From Sumerlaeia bacterium (GTDB lineage Bacteria; Sumerlaeota; Sumerlaeia; MVZB01): DNA of 64,000 nucleotides. The stretch lies in NCBI GenBank assembly GCA_041687335.1, contig JAWLCE010000006.1:6620-70619 (forward strand). The letters are read 5' to 3'. Under the pieces are notes generated by a model. The model was not told the origin of the DNA. It saw only the letters and a program-made list of their open reading frames with translations, and did no database searches. A program made the position numbers and the translations under genes. Of this stretch, positions 30,295 to 40,612 are shown in pieces (within the stretch, counting starts at the first letter, position 1; each line of letters begins with the position of its first letter).

Positions 30295-32160
30295 TTACTG
30301 GCGGTAGAGCCAGAGGCGGTCGTGCAACTGGCGCTCGACGGCGGCGGCTTCTTCGGTGCGGCCGAGCATCTCCAGCGCCTGCGCCATGCGCAAGAGCGAC
30401 TGATAATCGTTGAGCCGCTCGCGCACGATGGCGACCTGCTCCAGCGAATCCGCCGGCCGGCCCTGCTCGAGCAGCCATTGCGAGTAGTTGCTGCGCAGGT
30501 CGTGGGCGGCGGGGTGGATCGCCAACCCGCGCCGGTAGTGGTGCTCGGCGGCGGCGGGATCGGGGGCCATCACGGCCCGGCGATACTCACGCTGGGCGCG
30601 CACGGGCGCCAGTCGCAGGGGAGCCCACGCCACGGCCACCGCCAGCAGCATCGCCCCCAGGACAATCGCCAGCCGCGGCGAGAGCAGGAAGGCCAACCCG
30701 CCCGCGGTCGGCCGGCGCATCGTGCGCCACTCCACGCGCAGGGCCAGGTGCTCGGTCTCGAACCGCAGCGGCGGCAGGCGCCGCTCGCGCCGGCGGGCCT
30801 CGCGCTCGATCAGTGCGCCCAGCAGGATGCCATAAAGCGTCAGCATCCCGACCGGGGTCTGAAAGGCAAAGTTGATCTGGCTGTGGACGACCCAGGCTGC
30901 CAGCATCGCCGCCAGCGTCGCCCGGGTCATGAAGGAAAAGCGACCGGCTCGTTCCAGGTCCTTGAGCAGCGTGTGAAAGCCCGCCACCAGCAGCGTCGCC
31001 AGCAGGAACAGGCCGAGGATGCCCAGCTCGGCCCAGGCTTGCAGCGGCTCGTTGTGGGCGGCGTTGGTCCAGAGCCCCTGGTATCGCATCAGGTCGGGCC
31101 GGTTCCAGAGGAGCGCGGAATCCATCTCGGGGAAGACATAGGTGAAGTTGCCCGCCCCCACGCCGGCCAGCGGGTGTTGGCGGATCATCTCGAGGGTCTG
31201 GGCATAGATGGCGAGGCGCGTCGGCCCGCCCTCCTGCCAGCGCCCCGAGCTGAAGCCCTCGCTCAGGATCGCCGGCCGGTGCGGGTTGAGCGGGTGATCG
31301 GTGTTGAAGAACAGGATCAGGCCGCCCCATGCCAGCGCCAGCACGGCCCAGCGCCGCCAGCGCAGCAGGAACCAGCGCCCGCCGATGCGCGCCAGTACGA
31401 GCCCGGCCAGCAGCGCCGCGCCCACCACCAGCCCCAGGTTCGAGCCGGCCGAGAAGACGACGATCAGCGCCGCCGCCAGCACGATGGCCGCCGCCCCCGC
31501 CAGCCCAAGCGCCAGCCGGCGACGGGCCTCCCCAAAAAAGACCAGCGCCGGCAATAGCGCCAGCGCCATCAGGTCGCCCAGATGATTGGTGTTGCCCAGC
31601 CCCGCCGAGAGAAACCCGCGCCAGTCGGGCAGGTTGGGGCGCACCCACACCAGCTCGCGGAAGAATGCCTGCATGAAATCCTCGGTCAGCACCCAGAGGG
31701 CGGTCGCCGAGCCCAGCGCCACGACCAGCCAGCCCAGCCGCGGCAGCGCGCGGCGCCCGGCCAGTAGTTGCAGCCCCAGCCAGAGCGCCAGCGTCAGCCA
31801 GCTCACGCGGGCGGCGCGCTCAAAGGCGAGGGAGGCGCTGACCGCCCAGCCGATCGACGCCCAGTGCCACAGGCACAGCAGCAGCGCCGCCAGCCACGGG
31901 GCGCGCAGCGAAAACATCGCCGCCCCCCCCGCCAGCGCGCGCGCCGCGACCGCCGCCAACCCCAGCGCCGTAAAGATCGCGATCCAGGCCCACTTGGGCG
32001 CCATGAAAGTGTCGTCGCGGGCCAGCGGATCGATCACCAGCGGCGTCAGCGCCAGCGCCAGCAGCGCCGCCAGCCCGAGCCGGCGCAGCGCCGCCAGCCA
32101 GCGCGGCGGCCCTTGGGTGGCCAGCACAAAACCGGCGGCGGTCGATGGTGAGGGTGCCAT
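30295..32160 (-). CDS. O-antigen ligase / O-oligosaccharyltransferase family protein with C-terminal TPR-like region
   Basis: Multi-TM; LGNTNH, RLAIY, HPLAGVGAGNF, AHNEPLQAWAELG (Wzy_C signature). Confidence 0.85.
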   Translation of the reverse strand: MAPSPSTAAGFVLATQGPPRWLAALRRLGLAALLALALTPLVIDPLARDDTFMAPKWAWIAIFTALGLAAVAARALAGGAAMFSLRAPWLAALLLCLWHWASIGWAVSASLAFERAARVSWLTLALWLGLQLLAGRRALPRLGWLVVALGSATALWVLTEDFMQAFFRELVWVRPNLPDWRGFLSAGLGNTNHLGDLMALALLPALVFFGEARRRLALGLAGAAAIVLAAALIVVFSAGSNLGLVVGAALLAGLVLARIGGRWFLLRWRRWAVLALAWGGLILFFNTDHPLNPHRPAILSEGFSSGRWQEGGPTRLAIYAQTLEMIRQHPLAGVGAGNFTYVFPEMDSALLWNRPDLMRYQGLWTNAAHNEPLQAWAELGILGLFLLATLLVAGFHTLLKDLERAGRFSFMTRATLAAMLAAWVVHSQINFAFQTPVGMLTLYGILLGALIEREARRRERRLPPLRFETEHLALRVEWRTMRRPTAGGLAFLLSPRLAIVLGAMLLAVAVAWAPLRLAPVRAQREYRRAVMAPDPAAAEHHYRRGLAIHPAAHDLRSNYSQWLLEQGRPADSLEQVAIVRERLNDYQSLLRMAQALEMLGRTEEAAAVERQLHDRLWLYRQ

Positions 32161-32272
32161 GGCGAGCGTGTATCCTTGTCTTGCTGAGCCCGCTCCGCGG
32201 ACATGCTCAGGCTAACGGGCATCGCCCGCCGATTGCAAGGACTGGCGCCATGACCAGAGTCTCAAGGGCCGT

Positions 32273-32851
32273 TTATCGGTTGCGCAGGTAGGCGTAGCGC
32301 CGGCGCGATTGCTCGTCGTGGCGCACCAGCCGGGCGACGTCAAACTCCAGGCTCACCTCGTCGGCGTGGCGCAGCTGGGCGCCGCGGTCGAGCTTGAAGC
32401 TGGTGATGATCAGTCCCATCCGCTCGATCTCGCGCAGCAGGTCGATCATCTGCTCGGGCGTGCCCGAGAGCGCGCTGACGGTGATGCTGATGAAGTAGTA
32501 ATCCTCGACGTTGGGGACCAGATCGGCCTTGGGCGCGGTCAGGCGTGGGCTGGGGATATTGAACTTGTTGTTGAGCAGGTTGACCAGGTCCAGGTTGAAG
32601 ATTTCCTCGGCCGTGGCGTCGCCCGTGCCCTCGGCGGCCATCGGCAGCTGTTCATACTGGTGCTTGATGCGCGCGCTGTCGCGCAGGGTATCGATGTAGG
32701 ATTGCAGCTCGTCCCGGGCCTCGGTCAGCTCGCCGCTGCCGCCGGTCGAGGCCAGTTGCTCCTCGATGGTGCCCGAGAGGAAATGAAAGGCCATCAATCC
32801 GCCGACCACCACGACGGTGATGATCAGCAACATGCGTTCGCGCGGGTTCAA
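32273..32851 (-). CDS. PilO/GspM-like inner-membrane platform protein (TTG start)
   Basis: N-terminal PRERMLL plus TM, coiled coil, GTPEQMIDLLREIE; coupled to the pilMN gene. Confidence 0.7.
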   Translation of the reverse strand: MNPRERMLLIITVVVVGGLMAFHFLSGTIEEQLASTGGSGELTEARDELQSYIDTLRDSARIKHQYEQLPMAAEGTGDATAEEIFNLDLVNLLNNKFNIPSPRLTAPKADLVPNVEDYYFISITVSALSGTPEQMIDLLREIERMGLIITSFKLDRGAQLRHADEVSLEFDVARLVRHDEQSRRRYAYLRNR

Positions 32852-34470
32852 CGCTCTTCCTCCGTGCGGCGGGTGAAGTTGCCGCTCAAGGTAAAACCAT
32901 AGGCCGTCTGTCCGTTATAGCTGGCCGGGTTCTGTTGGTTGCGCGTGATCGGGTCGCGCAGGTGGCCGGTCCGGCGCAGGTCGCCGTGGTAGGCATCCAG
33001 GTCGGGGATCGACTTGGCGTGGCCGTTGATCGTCAGGCCCTCGTTCATCTTGTAGCTGATCTGGGCGAGCGAGACGCGGTCGGGGATCGTCGATGAGCGG
33101 GTCGAGCTGGCCAGCACGCGCAGGGCGTTGTTGGGGTCGTCCATGTAGCCGTGGATGATGTCGAGCTTGGCGCTCATCTCGTGCAGCTCGCCGACGACCG
33201 GCCGCAGCCGCTCGATCTCATCGCTGAGCGCCTGCATCTGGTCGGAGCGGATGTCGGTCAGGCGCAGCCAACTGGCCGCCCCAAGCGCCAGCGTCAGCAC
33301 CATCAGCGAGCCGGTCATGATCAGCTTGCCGCGGGTGCGCCGCCGCGCCAGCGCGCGGTAATGGTCGGGCGGGGTCAGGTCGATCCGCCAGGCGCCCTCG
33401 AGCTGGTCGGCGATCGCGGCGCCGAAGGCCGCAACGTGCTCCAGCCCCTCGAAGGGGAACTTCTGGGCGGCCGCGCCGGGCAGGGCCGCCACCGGGTTGA
33501 GCGTGTGAACTTCGGCATCGATGCTGGCGCGGAAATACTCGGCGACGTTCTGCAGCGCCGCGCCCTCGCCGGTCAGCACCACCGCATCCACCGGCGGGCA
33601 TTTCATTTCTCGGCGGGCGAAGTCCCACGTGCGGCGCAGCTCCTGGATCACCCGGGCCAGCCAGCCGGCCAACGGCGAGGGGGGCTCGGCGGCCGGTTCG
33701 TCGGCAGAGTTGCCCGCCGGCTGCACCATCGCCTTCATGCAGTCGGCCATGCGGGCGGCGTGGGCCAGCCGCGTCAGGTCGATCCGCGCCGCATCCTCGC
33801 GGCGGTAGAGCAGCGCCTCCAGCATCGAGCGCAGGTCCAGCGGGGCCGAGCGCGCGAACAACACGCGGCCATCGGTCAGCAGCACCAGGTCCAGCGTGTC
33901 GAGCCCCATGGCGATGACGGCGACGGTCTTGCCGGGCAGCCAGTCGCGCCGCTCGTGCAGCAGGCTGTTGCAGAGCGCGACCGAGGAGAGCGTGACGCCG
34001 GCCGAGGACAGGTCCGCCCCCGCCAACCCGTCCAGCGCGCGCTGGATGATTGGCCCATCTACGGCGGCCAGCAGGACCTCGCTGCCCTCGACCCCCATCT
34101 TGCGCATCACGTGGTAGCCCGAGCAGTGGCGCTCGGCGTGGAACGGGATGTGGCGCTCGACCTCGAAGCGCGCCATCTGCGCCAGCTCGGCCGGGTCCAC
34201 CGAGGGCAGGGTCACGTTGCGCATGATCCCCTGCTGCTTGGGCAGGACGGCGGTGACGGCGGCGCGGGGGGCATGGGCGGCGCGGGCGAGCGCCTTGAGC
34301 GAGGCGGCCAGATCGTCCTTCTCGCCATCATGGGTAGCCAGCGCACCGCCGGCCACCGCCCAGCCCTTGCGCGCCGGCTTAAGCGCCAGCAGGCTCAGCG
34401 TCTCGCTGGTCATCTGGAATCCACAGATCAGGTTGCCCACTCCGGTGCTCTCCAGCGGCGCTACCGGCAT
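32848..34470 (-). CDS. PilM-PilN (GspL-like) fusion, type IV pilus/T2SS assembly
   Basis: Actin-like PilM features (RNVTLP, FEVERHIPF, VLTGEGA), IDLTPP linker, TM segment and periplasmic PilN-like domain. Confidence 0.8.
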   Translation of the reverse strand: MPVAPLESTGVGNLICGFQMTSETLSLLALKPARKGWAVAGGALATHDGEKDDLAASLKALARAAHAPRAAVTAVLPKQQGIMRNVTLPSVDPAELAQMARFEVERHIPFHAERHCSGYHVMRKMGVEGSEVLLAAVDGPIIQRALDGLAGADLSSAGVTLSSVALCNSLLHERRDWLPGKTVAVIAMGLDTLDLVLLTDGRVLFARSAPLDLRSMLEALLYRREDAARIDLTRLAHAARMADCMKAMVQPAGNSADEPAAEPPSPLAGWLARVIQELRRTWDFARREMKCPPVDAVVLTGEGAALQNVAEYFRASIDAEVHTLNPVAALPGAAAQKFPFEGLEHVAAFGAAIADQLEGAWRIDLTPPDHYRALARRRTRGKLIMTGSLMVLTLALGAASWLRLTDIRSDQMQALSDEIERLRPVVGELHEMSAKLDIIHGYMDDPNNALRVLASSTRSSTIPDRVSLAQISYKMNEGLTINGHAKSIPDLDAYHGDLRRTGHLRDPITRNQQNPASYNGQTAYGFTLSGNFTRRTEEER

Positions 34471-34527
34471 GGCCGGCCCGCGTCAGATGTTTTGGGGGGG
34501 TGAAAAGCCGACGCCCGCCTTGGGAAT

Positions 34528-36042
34528 TCACGGCTCCTCCGGAGACCCCAACCCTTGCCGCCCGCGCAGCCACAGCGCCAGTCGGATCCAGCGCGATCCC
34601 TCCAGCGCGGCCAGCTTTTGTTCAAGCCTGGCCACCCGAAGCGCCTCTCGTCGACCCTGACCGAACGCACGAGAGGCGCTTCGGGCCTGCTCGAGCAGCG
34701 GGGAAGGGGTTCCGTCCCCCGCCCGGTATGACAGCAAGTCTGGTGCCGATTCGGGCGCGGCCGCCCAATTGAGCAGCGGAGCGAGGCAAAAAGCGGCCTC
34801 GTGTTCGCGGCGCAGGTATTCGGCGCCGGCGGCGGCGCGCGCACGGGCGGGGGCGGGATCGGCCTCGCGCGACAAAATGGCGCGGGCCGCGCCCGCCGCG
34901 TCGGCGTGCCCAACCAGCTCGATATAGTTCAGGGTCCCCAATTGTTCGGCCAGCTCGCAGCCGGGGGTCGAGATGACCGCCAGTCCCGCCCCCAGCCAGT
35001 CCAGCAGCCGGTTGCGCGTCCCCAGCCGCCCCTCGGGGCAGGCCAGGTCGAGGTTGAGGCCCAAATCGGCCTCATGGATGACCCGCGGCACCTGGCCCAC
35101 CGGCAGCCAGCCGAGCAGGTGGAAGCGCTCGCGGTGGGGGCTGGCGGCCACGCGCCCGGCAAAGCGCTCGAAGCCGCCGCCGTAGTGGCCCGCGATCGCC
35201 CCGCCGGTGGCCGCGAAATGAATCCGCCCACAGGCCTCCATCGCGCGCTCGAGCGCCTCGAAGAGGGTGTCGACGTCGAGCCAGGTGTTGAAGCCGCCGG
35301 TCTGGACGATGATGAAGGCATCCTCGGGGGCGCGCGTGCCGCGCACCAGCGGGGGGCGCTCCAGGTCGATCGGGATCGGCTCGAGCCACGGCGGCAGGAC
35401 CGCCACCAGCGGCGCAAAGGCGGTGTGGCGGCCCAGCCGGCCGACCGCCCCCAGCTGGCCCAACAACGCCGCCGACTGGTCGCGCGAGCAGCCCGAGAGC
35501 CGGTCGGCCCGCGCCAGCGCCGGCGCCACCAGCGACCACTGGCGCGCCAGCCCTTCATCCGAGCCGCCGCGCAGCGCCAGCATCTGCGCCTCGGCCATCG
35601 GGTCGCCAAAAAAGTCGCACCACAGCGGCAGCTCGCTCGGGGCCAGCGCCAGTGCGTGGTTCATCAGGTCGGTGGAGGAGACCATCGCCCGCGCGCCCGC
35701 CTGCTCGGCTGCGCGCGCCAGCTCGGCGGGCAGCTCGTCCTCGGAAATTTCGACCCGCCGCGGCTCGGACAGGCGCGGCTGATGGCGGTCGGGCTCGATG
35801 GCATAGTGGGTCAGCTCCAGGCGCCCACCGCCGGCCTGCCCGAAACCCGCCAGCGCCAGCGCCACCGGATGGCCCGCCCGCGCCAGCTCGCGCGCCATCC
35901 CCCAGACCCGCAACCCCGGCGCATAAAGCCGCTCCGGCCGCTCCGGCGGAATCGGCCCCACCCCGGCAACAAGGATCGGATGAAGATTCTGGCTCGCGCG
36001 CATCATGCCGGAATGATCAGTGATCGGGCGGCTCAAATGCAA
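34528..36042 (-). CDS. Glycosyltransferase (GT-B, family 4-like)
   Basis: APGLRVW, TGGFNTWLDVDTL, EADLGL, RNRLLDWLGAGLAVIST; C-terminal LEGSRWIRLA tail; start uncertain (36003-36042). Confidence 0.75.
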   Translation of the reverse strand: MHLSRPITDHSGMMRASQNLHPILVAGVGPIPPERPERLYAPGLRVWGMARELARAGHPVALALAGFGQAGGGRLELTHYAIEPDRHQPRLSEPRRVEISEDELPAELARAAEQAGARAMVSSTDLMNHALALAPSELPLWCDFFGDPMAEAQMLALRGGSDEGLARQWSLVAPALARADRLSGCSRDQSAALLGQLGAVGRLGRHTAFAPLVAVLPPWLEPIPIDLERPPLVRGTRAPEDAFIIVQTGGFNTWLDVDTLFEALERAMEACGRIHFAATGGAIAGHYGGGFERFAGRVAASPHRERFHLLGWLPVGQVPRVIHEADLGLNLDLACPEGRLGTRNRLLDWLGAGLAVISTPGCELAEQLGTLNYIELVGHADAAGAARAILSREADPAPARARAAAGAEYLRREHEAAFCLAPLLNWAAAPESAPDLLSYRAGDGTPSPLLEQARSASRAFGQGRREALRVARLEQKLAALEGSRWIRLALWLRGRQGLGSPEEP

Positions 36043-36089
36043 CGGTTAAGGCTGGGGTTTGGGCGCCGGGAGACAAAAAGGCGGGCCTT

Positions 36090-36365
36090 GTGGGTGGTTC
36101 GGGTCTTCGACCCGACATGTGTTTAGCGTGACGCATCGAGCGTGGCTGGCCGGGGCGAATCAACCCCGGCGGGGGATATAGCTCCAGAGGAGTGGCCTGT
36201 GAGCCCACCTGCTCCCCGCGACGCTGGGGTCGGCAGATCGGCTCTTCGTTCTTGCCATATTAGCCACCCAGTTCGTAGTCCCGCCTTCAGGCGGGAAGCT
36301 CGGCGGACCGCATGATTTCATACCACCCGCTAAACCCATGTCGGGTCGAATACCCGACCTACCAC
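36090..36365. repeat. Extended REP inverted pair enclosing ~200 bp
   Basis: cgggtcttcgacccgacatgtgtttagcg (to 36128) versus cgctaaacccatgtcgggtcgaatacccgacctac (from 36328); internal gtagtcccgccttcaggcggga palindrome. Confidence 0.7.
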
Positions 36366-36382
36366 AGATGCCCGAAAGCGCG

Positions 36383-37819
36383 TCACCGCAGCCGCACGAA
36401 GATATCGCCGGGGCTGGTGGTGCCGTTGGTGGGGTCGTAGGCGATGGCGGCGCGCTGGTCGCTTTGGTCGGGGCCGAGGCTGTAGAAAATGGTCGCACCG
36501 GCCTCTTCAATCGAACGCAGCGGGCCGTCGCCAAAGGGGTCGGCCGGCAGTTCCGGCGCGGCGCCCTCGCCGGCGCCGATGCGATCGAGCACGGCCAGGC
36601 AGACCCGCAGCCGCGCCTGGTTGGCTGCCGGGCGCGTGACGACTGTCACATAATCGGGCCTATGATAAACATATCCCATGTGGAGCCGGAACTCGTTTTG
36701 GGGAAGGCGGTTTTGGTCCAGCAGCGCGAGCATCTCCATATGATAGTCATCGTAGTCGCGTAGGATCCGATCGGCTTTTGTTTTGAGGTCGATGGTTCTG
36801 ACCGCTCCGTACACCAAGGAGCGCGTTGTGTCCAGCGGGGCTTCGAACACGGAGGCTACCCAGAAGTCGAAGCTCCGGTCCAATCCCGCTTCCGCGCCGG
36901 CATATTGCTGAAACAGGCGCCAGGCCGGCTGCTCAAGATGAATGACCTCGAACTGGCGGAGCCTCAGGTATTCGACCACCGCGGCGGCGCGGACATCCTG
37001 CAGCGTGATCTCGTAGGGCGCCAGCCCCGCGCGCAGGCGGCGCGCCAGTTCGGGCGGCGGCGGGGCCTCGGTCAGCCAGCGCTCCAACTCAAGCCAGCAC
37101 CTGTTTTGCATCTGCGCCGCAACCAGCACGTTGACCATAAACGGCTCGCGGATCGAATGGGCGATCGGCTGGATCGCCAGCAGCCCCCGCGCGGCACCAT
37201 CCAAGTCGCCTGCCTCCCGCCGCCGCCGGCTCTCGGCCGCCAACACAAGGCTGCACGAATTTAAAAATGGCCAATCTAATTCGGGCCACCCACTCATCTC
37301 ATCCACGCCCGCCTGACGCGCCTGCCGGTGGGCCGCCAGCCCGGCCGCCGAAATCCCTGGTAGCCCGCCCAACTCGGCCAGCCGCTCAAGGTCGGCAATC
37401 AACGTCTGGTTGGCCAGCAGCCAGTCGGCCATGCCAGGTAGCAGCGGTTGGCCAACTCTCCAATGGGTAGAATTGAAGTCCTCCGGCAGTTTGAGCCGAT
37501 CCTGCCACTTCTCGTAAATTGTTAGCGCCTCAGGGGCCGAGCGCACGGCCGGCACCTCGCCCAGGTTGGGGGATGTGGGCAGGTGGGAAACATCAGCGCG
37601 GGCCCGTGTCGGTGCATCCGCCGCGGGTGGTGCGGTTTGGGCGGTGGCTGTAAGGCGCTCCAGTAGCTCGGCCGGCGGCTGGCGCTGCTCCTCACCGATG
37701 GCGTTCATCCGGAAGATGACGCTCAGCACGAGCACGGCCGCCAGCGGCGGGAGGAAGATGATCCCCCCCAGGATCCACGGCCAGCGCCGCCGCCGTTCAG
37801 GTTTGCTGGATTCGGTCAT
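36383..37819 (-). CDS. Membrane-anchored helical hypothetical protein
   Basis: N-terminal RRRRWPW plus TM; C-terminal DPFGDGPL...YSLGPDQSD...GDI motif reminiscent of pseudopilin-like C-termini. Confidence 0.75.
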   Translation of the reverse strand: MTESSKPERRRRWPWILGGIIFLPPLAAVLVLSVIFRMNAIGEEQRQPPAELLERLTATAQTAPPAADAPTRARADVSHLPTSPNLGEVPAVRSAPEALTIYEKWQDRLKLPEDFNSTHWRVGQPLLPGMADWLLANQTLIADLERLAELGGLPGISAAGLAAHRQARQAGVDEMSGWPELDWPFLNSCSLVLAAESRRRREAGDLDGAARGLLAIQPIAHSIREPFMVNVLVAAQMQNRCWLELERWLTEAPPPPELARRLRAGLAPYEITLQDVRAAAVVEYLRLRQFEVIHLEQPAWRLFQQYAGAEAGLDRSFDFWVASVFEAPLDTTRSLVYGAVRTIDLKTKADRILRDYDDYHMEMLALLDQNRLPQNEFRLHMGYVYHRPDYVTVVTRPAANQARLRVCLAVLDRIGAGEGAAPELPADPFGDGPLRSIEEAGATIFYSLGPDQSDQRAAIAYDPTNGTTSPGDIFVRLR

Positions 37820-38073
37820 GCTGAACGCCTCGCAAAAGTATTTCCCACATTAAACAAGACGCGCGGCGGGGGCGTTGGTTGCAAGGTAATTTGTGGGCAT
37901 GAAAATGAAACAGGGGGGCATGGGCGCCGTAAAACAGCGCAGCCTTCGGCCGCAACCAAATTAAATTGAACCGCCAAGGCGCAGAGGAAGCGCAAAGTAA
38001 TCAAGCCTGAACTAGATCGGAGGTTGGGATTGACAGCCGTGGGTTGATTCCCTGCCCATTCCGTCAATAACCC

Positions 38074-38161
38074 AGCCCCGAACGGGGCGGTCGCCCCTTC
38101 GGGGCTTACGGGTTTTCAAGCCGGCATGGTTTCCCAATGTCGGCTCGGAGAGCCGACCTAC
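38074..38161. repeat. REP elements (agccccgaacggggc/gccccttcggggct pair plus a GTAG-type REP)
   Basis: Palindromes at 38074-38106 and atgtcggctcggagagccgacctac at 38137-38161. Confidence 0.7.
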
Positions 38162-38177
38162 CCTGCCCGCACCCTCG

Positions 38178-39587
38178 TCACACCCGATCGGGCACGATGA
38201 ACGGGGCCCGGTATTCGCGCGTCAGCATGGCGTCGGCCTCGGCGTCGCCCTTGAACTTCATCGTCTCGGGGTCGAAGTCCAGCGAACGCCCCAGCCGGTA
38301 TGAGATGTTGGCCAGGTGGATCAGCGCGCAGGTATAGAAGCCCTCGCGGATGTCGCCGCAGGCTTTGGCCTGGTCGCCGGTGCGGATCGCCTCGATGAAG
38401 TTGGCGTAATGGTCGGCCAGCCCCTCGCCGCCGGGGCCGGGCTCCAGCTTGCTGCCCATAAACGTCTTCCACTGGTTGACGTTCTTGGCCATGTAGCCCT
38501 CCGAGCCGTAGAACAGGTTGCCGACGATGTTGTCGTTGCTCGTCATGTAGGTGTTGTCGGTCTTCTCGGGCGCCAGGTCCAGCTCGCGATTGACGAACCA
38601 GTGCCGCACCTCGAACTGCAGGATCTTTTTCTTTTCGCCGCCGCCGGCGGGGTTGGGGAACTCGAAGACCGCCATCAGCGCGTTGGGGGTCTGCTGGTCG
38701 TCGTCGAACATCACGTGGCCGCCCATCGCACAGACCCGCGTCGGCAGCGTCACGCCCAGGCCCCAGCGGGCGATATCCAGCTCATGGACCCCCTGGTTGC
38801 CGATGTCGCCGTTGCCATAGTCCCAGTTCCAGTGCCAGTTGTAGTGGAAGCGGTTGGGGTTGAAGGGGCGCAGGGGCGCCGGCCCGAGCCAGAGGTCATA
38901 ATCCACCCCCGCCGGCACCGGCCCGTCGGGCTTGCGGCCGATCGTGTTGCGCCGCTTGTAGCACAGGCCCTTGGCCAGGTAGACCTCGCCCAGCCCGCCC
39001 TTGTGCAGGAACTCGGCCATCCCCTGCGCACAGGGGTTGCTGCGCTGCTCGGCCCCGTCCTGCACGATGACGCCGTATTTCTCGGCCGCCTCGATCAGCT
39101 TGAGCCCCTCATGGATGTTATGGCAGGAGGGCTTCTCGACGCTGACGTGCTTGCCGGCCTGGCAGGCCCAGATCGAGGCCAGCGCGTGCCAGTGGTTGGG
39201 CGTCACGATCGAGATTGCGTCAATCGTTGGGTCCTCATAGAGCTTGCGCAGGTCGGTGTAGACCTTGGGCTGGGGCTCCTGGGGGTCCCAGTGCTGCTTG
39301 ATGACCTTGGCGAAGAGGTTCTCGTCGACGTCGCAGATCGCCGCCACCTCGACGTTGGGGAGCTTCTTGTAGGACCGGATGTGCGACTTCCCCATGCCGT
39401 TGATGCCGATGACGGCCACTCGCACGCGCTCGTTGGCGCCCTTGAACTGGATCGGTGCCTTGGCGGCGGCGCGTGCCGGTTGGGCCGCCAGCCCCGTGCC
39501 GATGCCGCTGATCGCCAGCACGCCCGCCGAGGCGGCCTTGAGGAAGCTGCGCCGCTTGAGCGGCTGCTCGTCATGTTGCAGGGACAT
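38178..39587 (-). CDS. Tat-exported Gfo/Idh/MocA oxidoreductase
   Basis: KRRSFLK twin-arginine signal, VIGINGMG, TPNHWH, VEKP, WLGPAP, NQGVHELD. Confidence 0.92.
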   Translation of the reverse strand: MSLQHDEQPLKRRSFLKAASAGVLAISGIGTGLAAQPARAAAKAPIQFKGANERVRVAVIGINGMGKSHIRSYKKLPNVEVAAICDVDENLFAKVIKQHWDPQEPQPKVYTDLRKLYEDPTIDAISIVTPNHWHALASIWACQAGKHVSVEKPSCHNIHEGLKLIEAAEKYGVIVQDGAEQRSNPCAQGMAEFLHKGGLGEVYLAKGLCYKRRNTIGRKPDGPVPAGVDYDLWLGPAPLRPFNPNRFHYNWHWNWDYGNGDIGNQGVHELDIARWGLGVTLPTRVCAMGGHVMFDDDQQTPNALMAVFEFPNPAGGGEKKKILQFEVRHWFVNRELDLAPEKTDNTYMTSNDNIVGNLFYGSEGYMAKNVNQWKTFMGSKLEPGPGGEGLADHYANFIEAIRTGDQAKACGDIREGFYTCALIHLANISYRLGRSLDFDPETMKFKGDAEADAMLTREYRAPFIVPDRV

Positions 39588-39693
39588 GGGTATGTGATCT
39601 CCGGGTTGAAATTCGGCCGCGCGCGGCGGCGTCGGGTGCCATGGCCATGGCACCTGTTTACGCGCCCCCGCTCGGGGAGTCAAATGATTTGGT

Positions 39694-40569
39694 TCAGGAA
39701 AAAAGGCCGGTCGCCATCAGCTCCCAGGCGGTTGGCTCGTCGGCCGCGGGCGCCAGCAGCCAGTGCTCGTCATGGCTGGCGCTCAGGCCGGGCGCCAGTT
39801 CGCGCACCGCCCCCAGCGTCTCCAGCTCGACCCAGAAACCGGTGAAGACCTGCACATTGCAGCCGCCGTCGGGGTAGGGCCCTGCCGAATCAAAATCGAA
39901 CCACTTGACGAAGGCGAGGTCGCCGGGGAGCAGATGCGCCAGCGCACCGCCGTCGCAGGCCAGCCCGACCTTGCCCCACTCCCCGCGCGGTTCGATGACG
40001 AAGCGGTCGTCGGCGGGCTGCCACTGCGGGCTGGCGGGGTTGGTCGAAAGCGGACCCCAGCGGCCCCAGTAGCGCACTTGGCGCATCCGCCAGCTCTCGG
40101 GGCCGACGCCCCACGGGATGATGATGCGGCCCTCTGGACGCACGCAGGTGATCGCCCAGGGGGCCGCGACGACCGGATAGCCGCCCTCATTGATCACCAT
40201 GTGGCGCAGGCGGAATCCGGCGCAGCGGCTGGAGGGGGAGACTTCGATGCGACGGCGCAGCGCCGAGGGACCCGCCGGGCGCTCGAGCACCAGCCGGCCA
40301 TCCTCGATCCTGGACTCGCAGGGATCGTTGTCGAGTTCGTAGGTGGCTTCGGATTCGGGGGTCACCCAGAGCCGATGGCCGCCCCAGAGCCGCCAGGGTC
40401 CGCGCCCGTAGTGGCCGGCGCGATCCTCGAAGAGCACGTTGGGCCCGTCGCCCAGACGCAGCGAAACGATGCGCGGCCCGAGCGAGGTGGCGGCGACCAG
40501 CTCCAGCTCGTCCCGCCGACAGCGCCAGCCCGGCCCCCAGTCGGGGTGTTCGATCGCGTCGATCAGCAT
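39694..40569 (-). CDS. Hypothetical protein with a galactose-mutarotase-like fold
   Basis: GPRIVSL, WGGHRLWVTPE, YPDGGCNVQVF, ELETLG motifs. Confidence 0.7.
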   Translation of the reverse strand: MLIDAIEHPDWGPGWRCRRDELELVAATSLGPRIVSLRLGDGPNVLFEDRAGHYGRGPWRLWGGHRLWVTPESEATYELDNDPCESRIEDGRLVLERPAGPSALRRRIEVSPSSRCAGFRLRHMVINEGGYPVVAAPWAITCVRPEGRIIIPWGVGPESWRMRQVRYWGRWGPLSTNPASPQWQPADDRFVIEPRGEWGKVGLACDGGALAHLLPGDLAFVKWFDFDSAGPYPDGGCNVQVFTGFWVELETLGAVRELAPGLSASHDEHWLLAPAADEPTAWELMATGLFS

Positions 40570-40612
40570 CGGCAGGCCTCGCCTCAGTGAAAAGGGGGCA
40601 TCCCGCTCGCGC

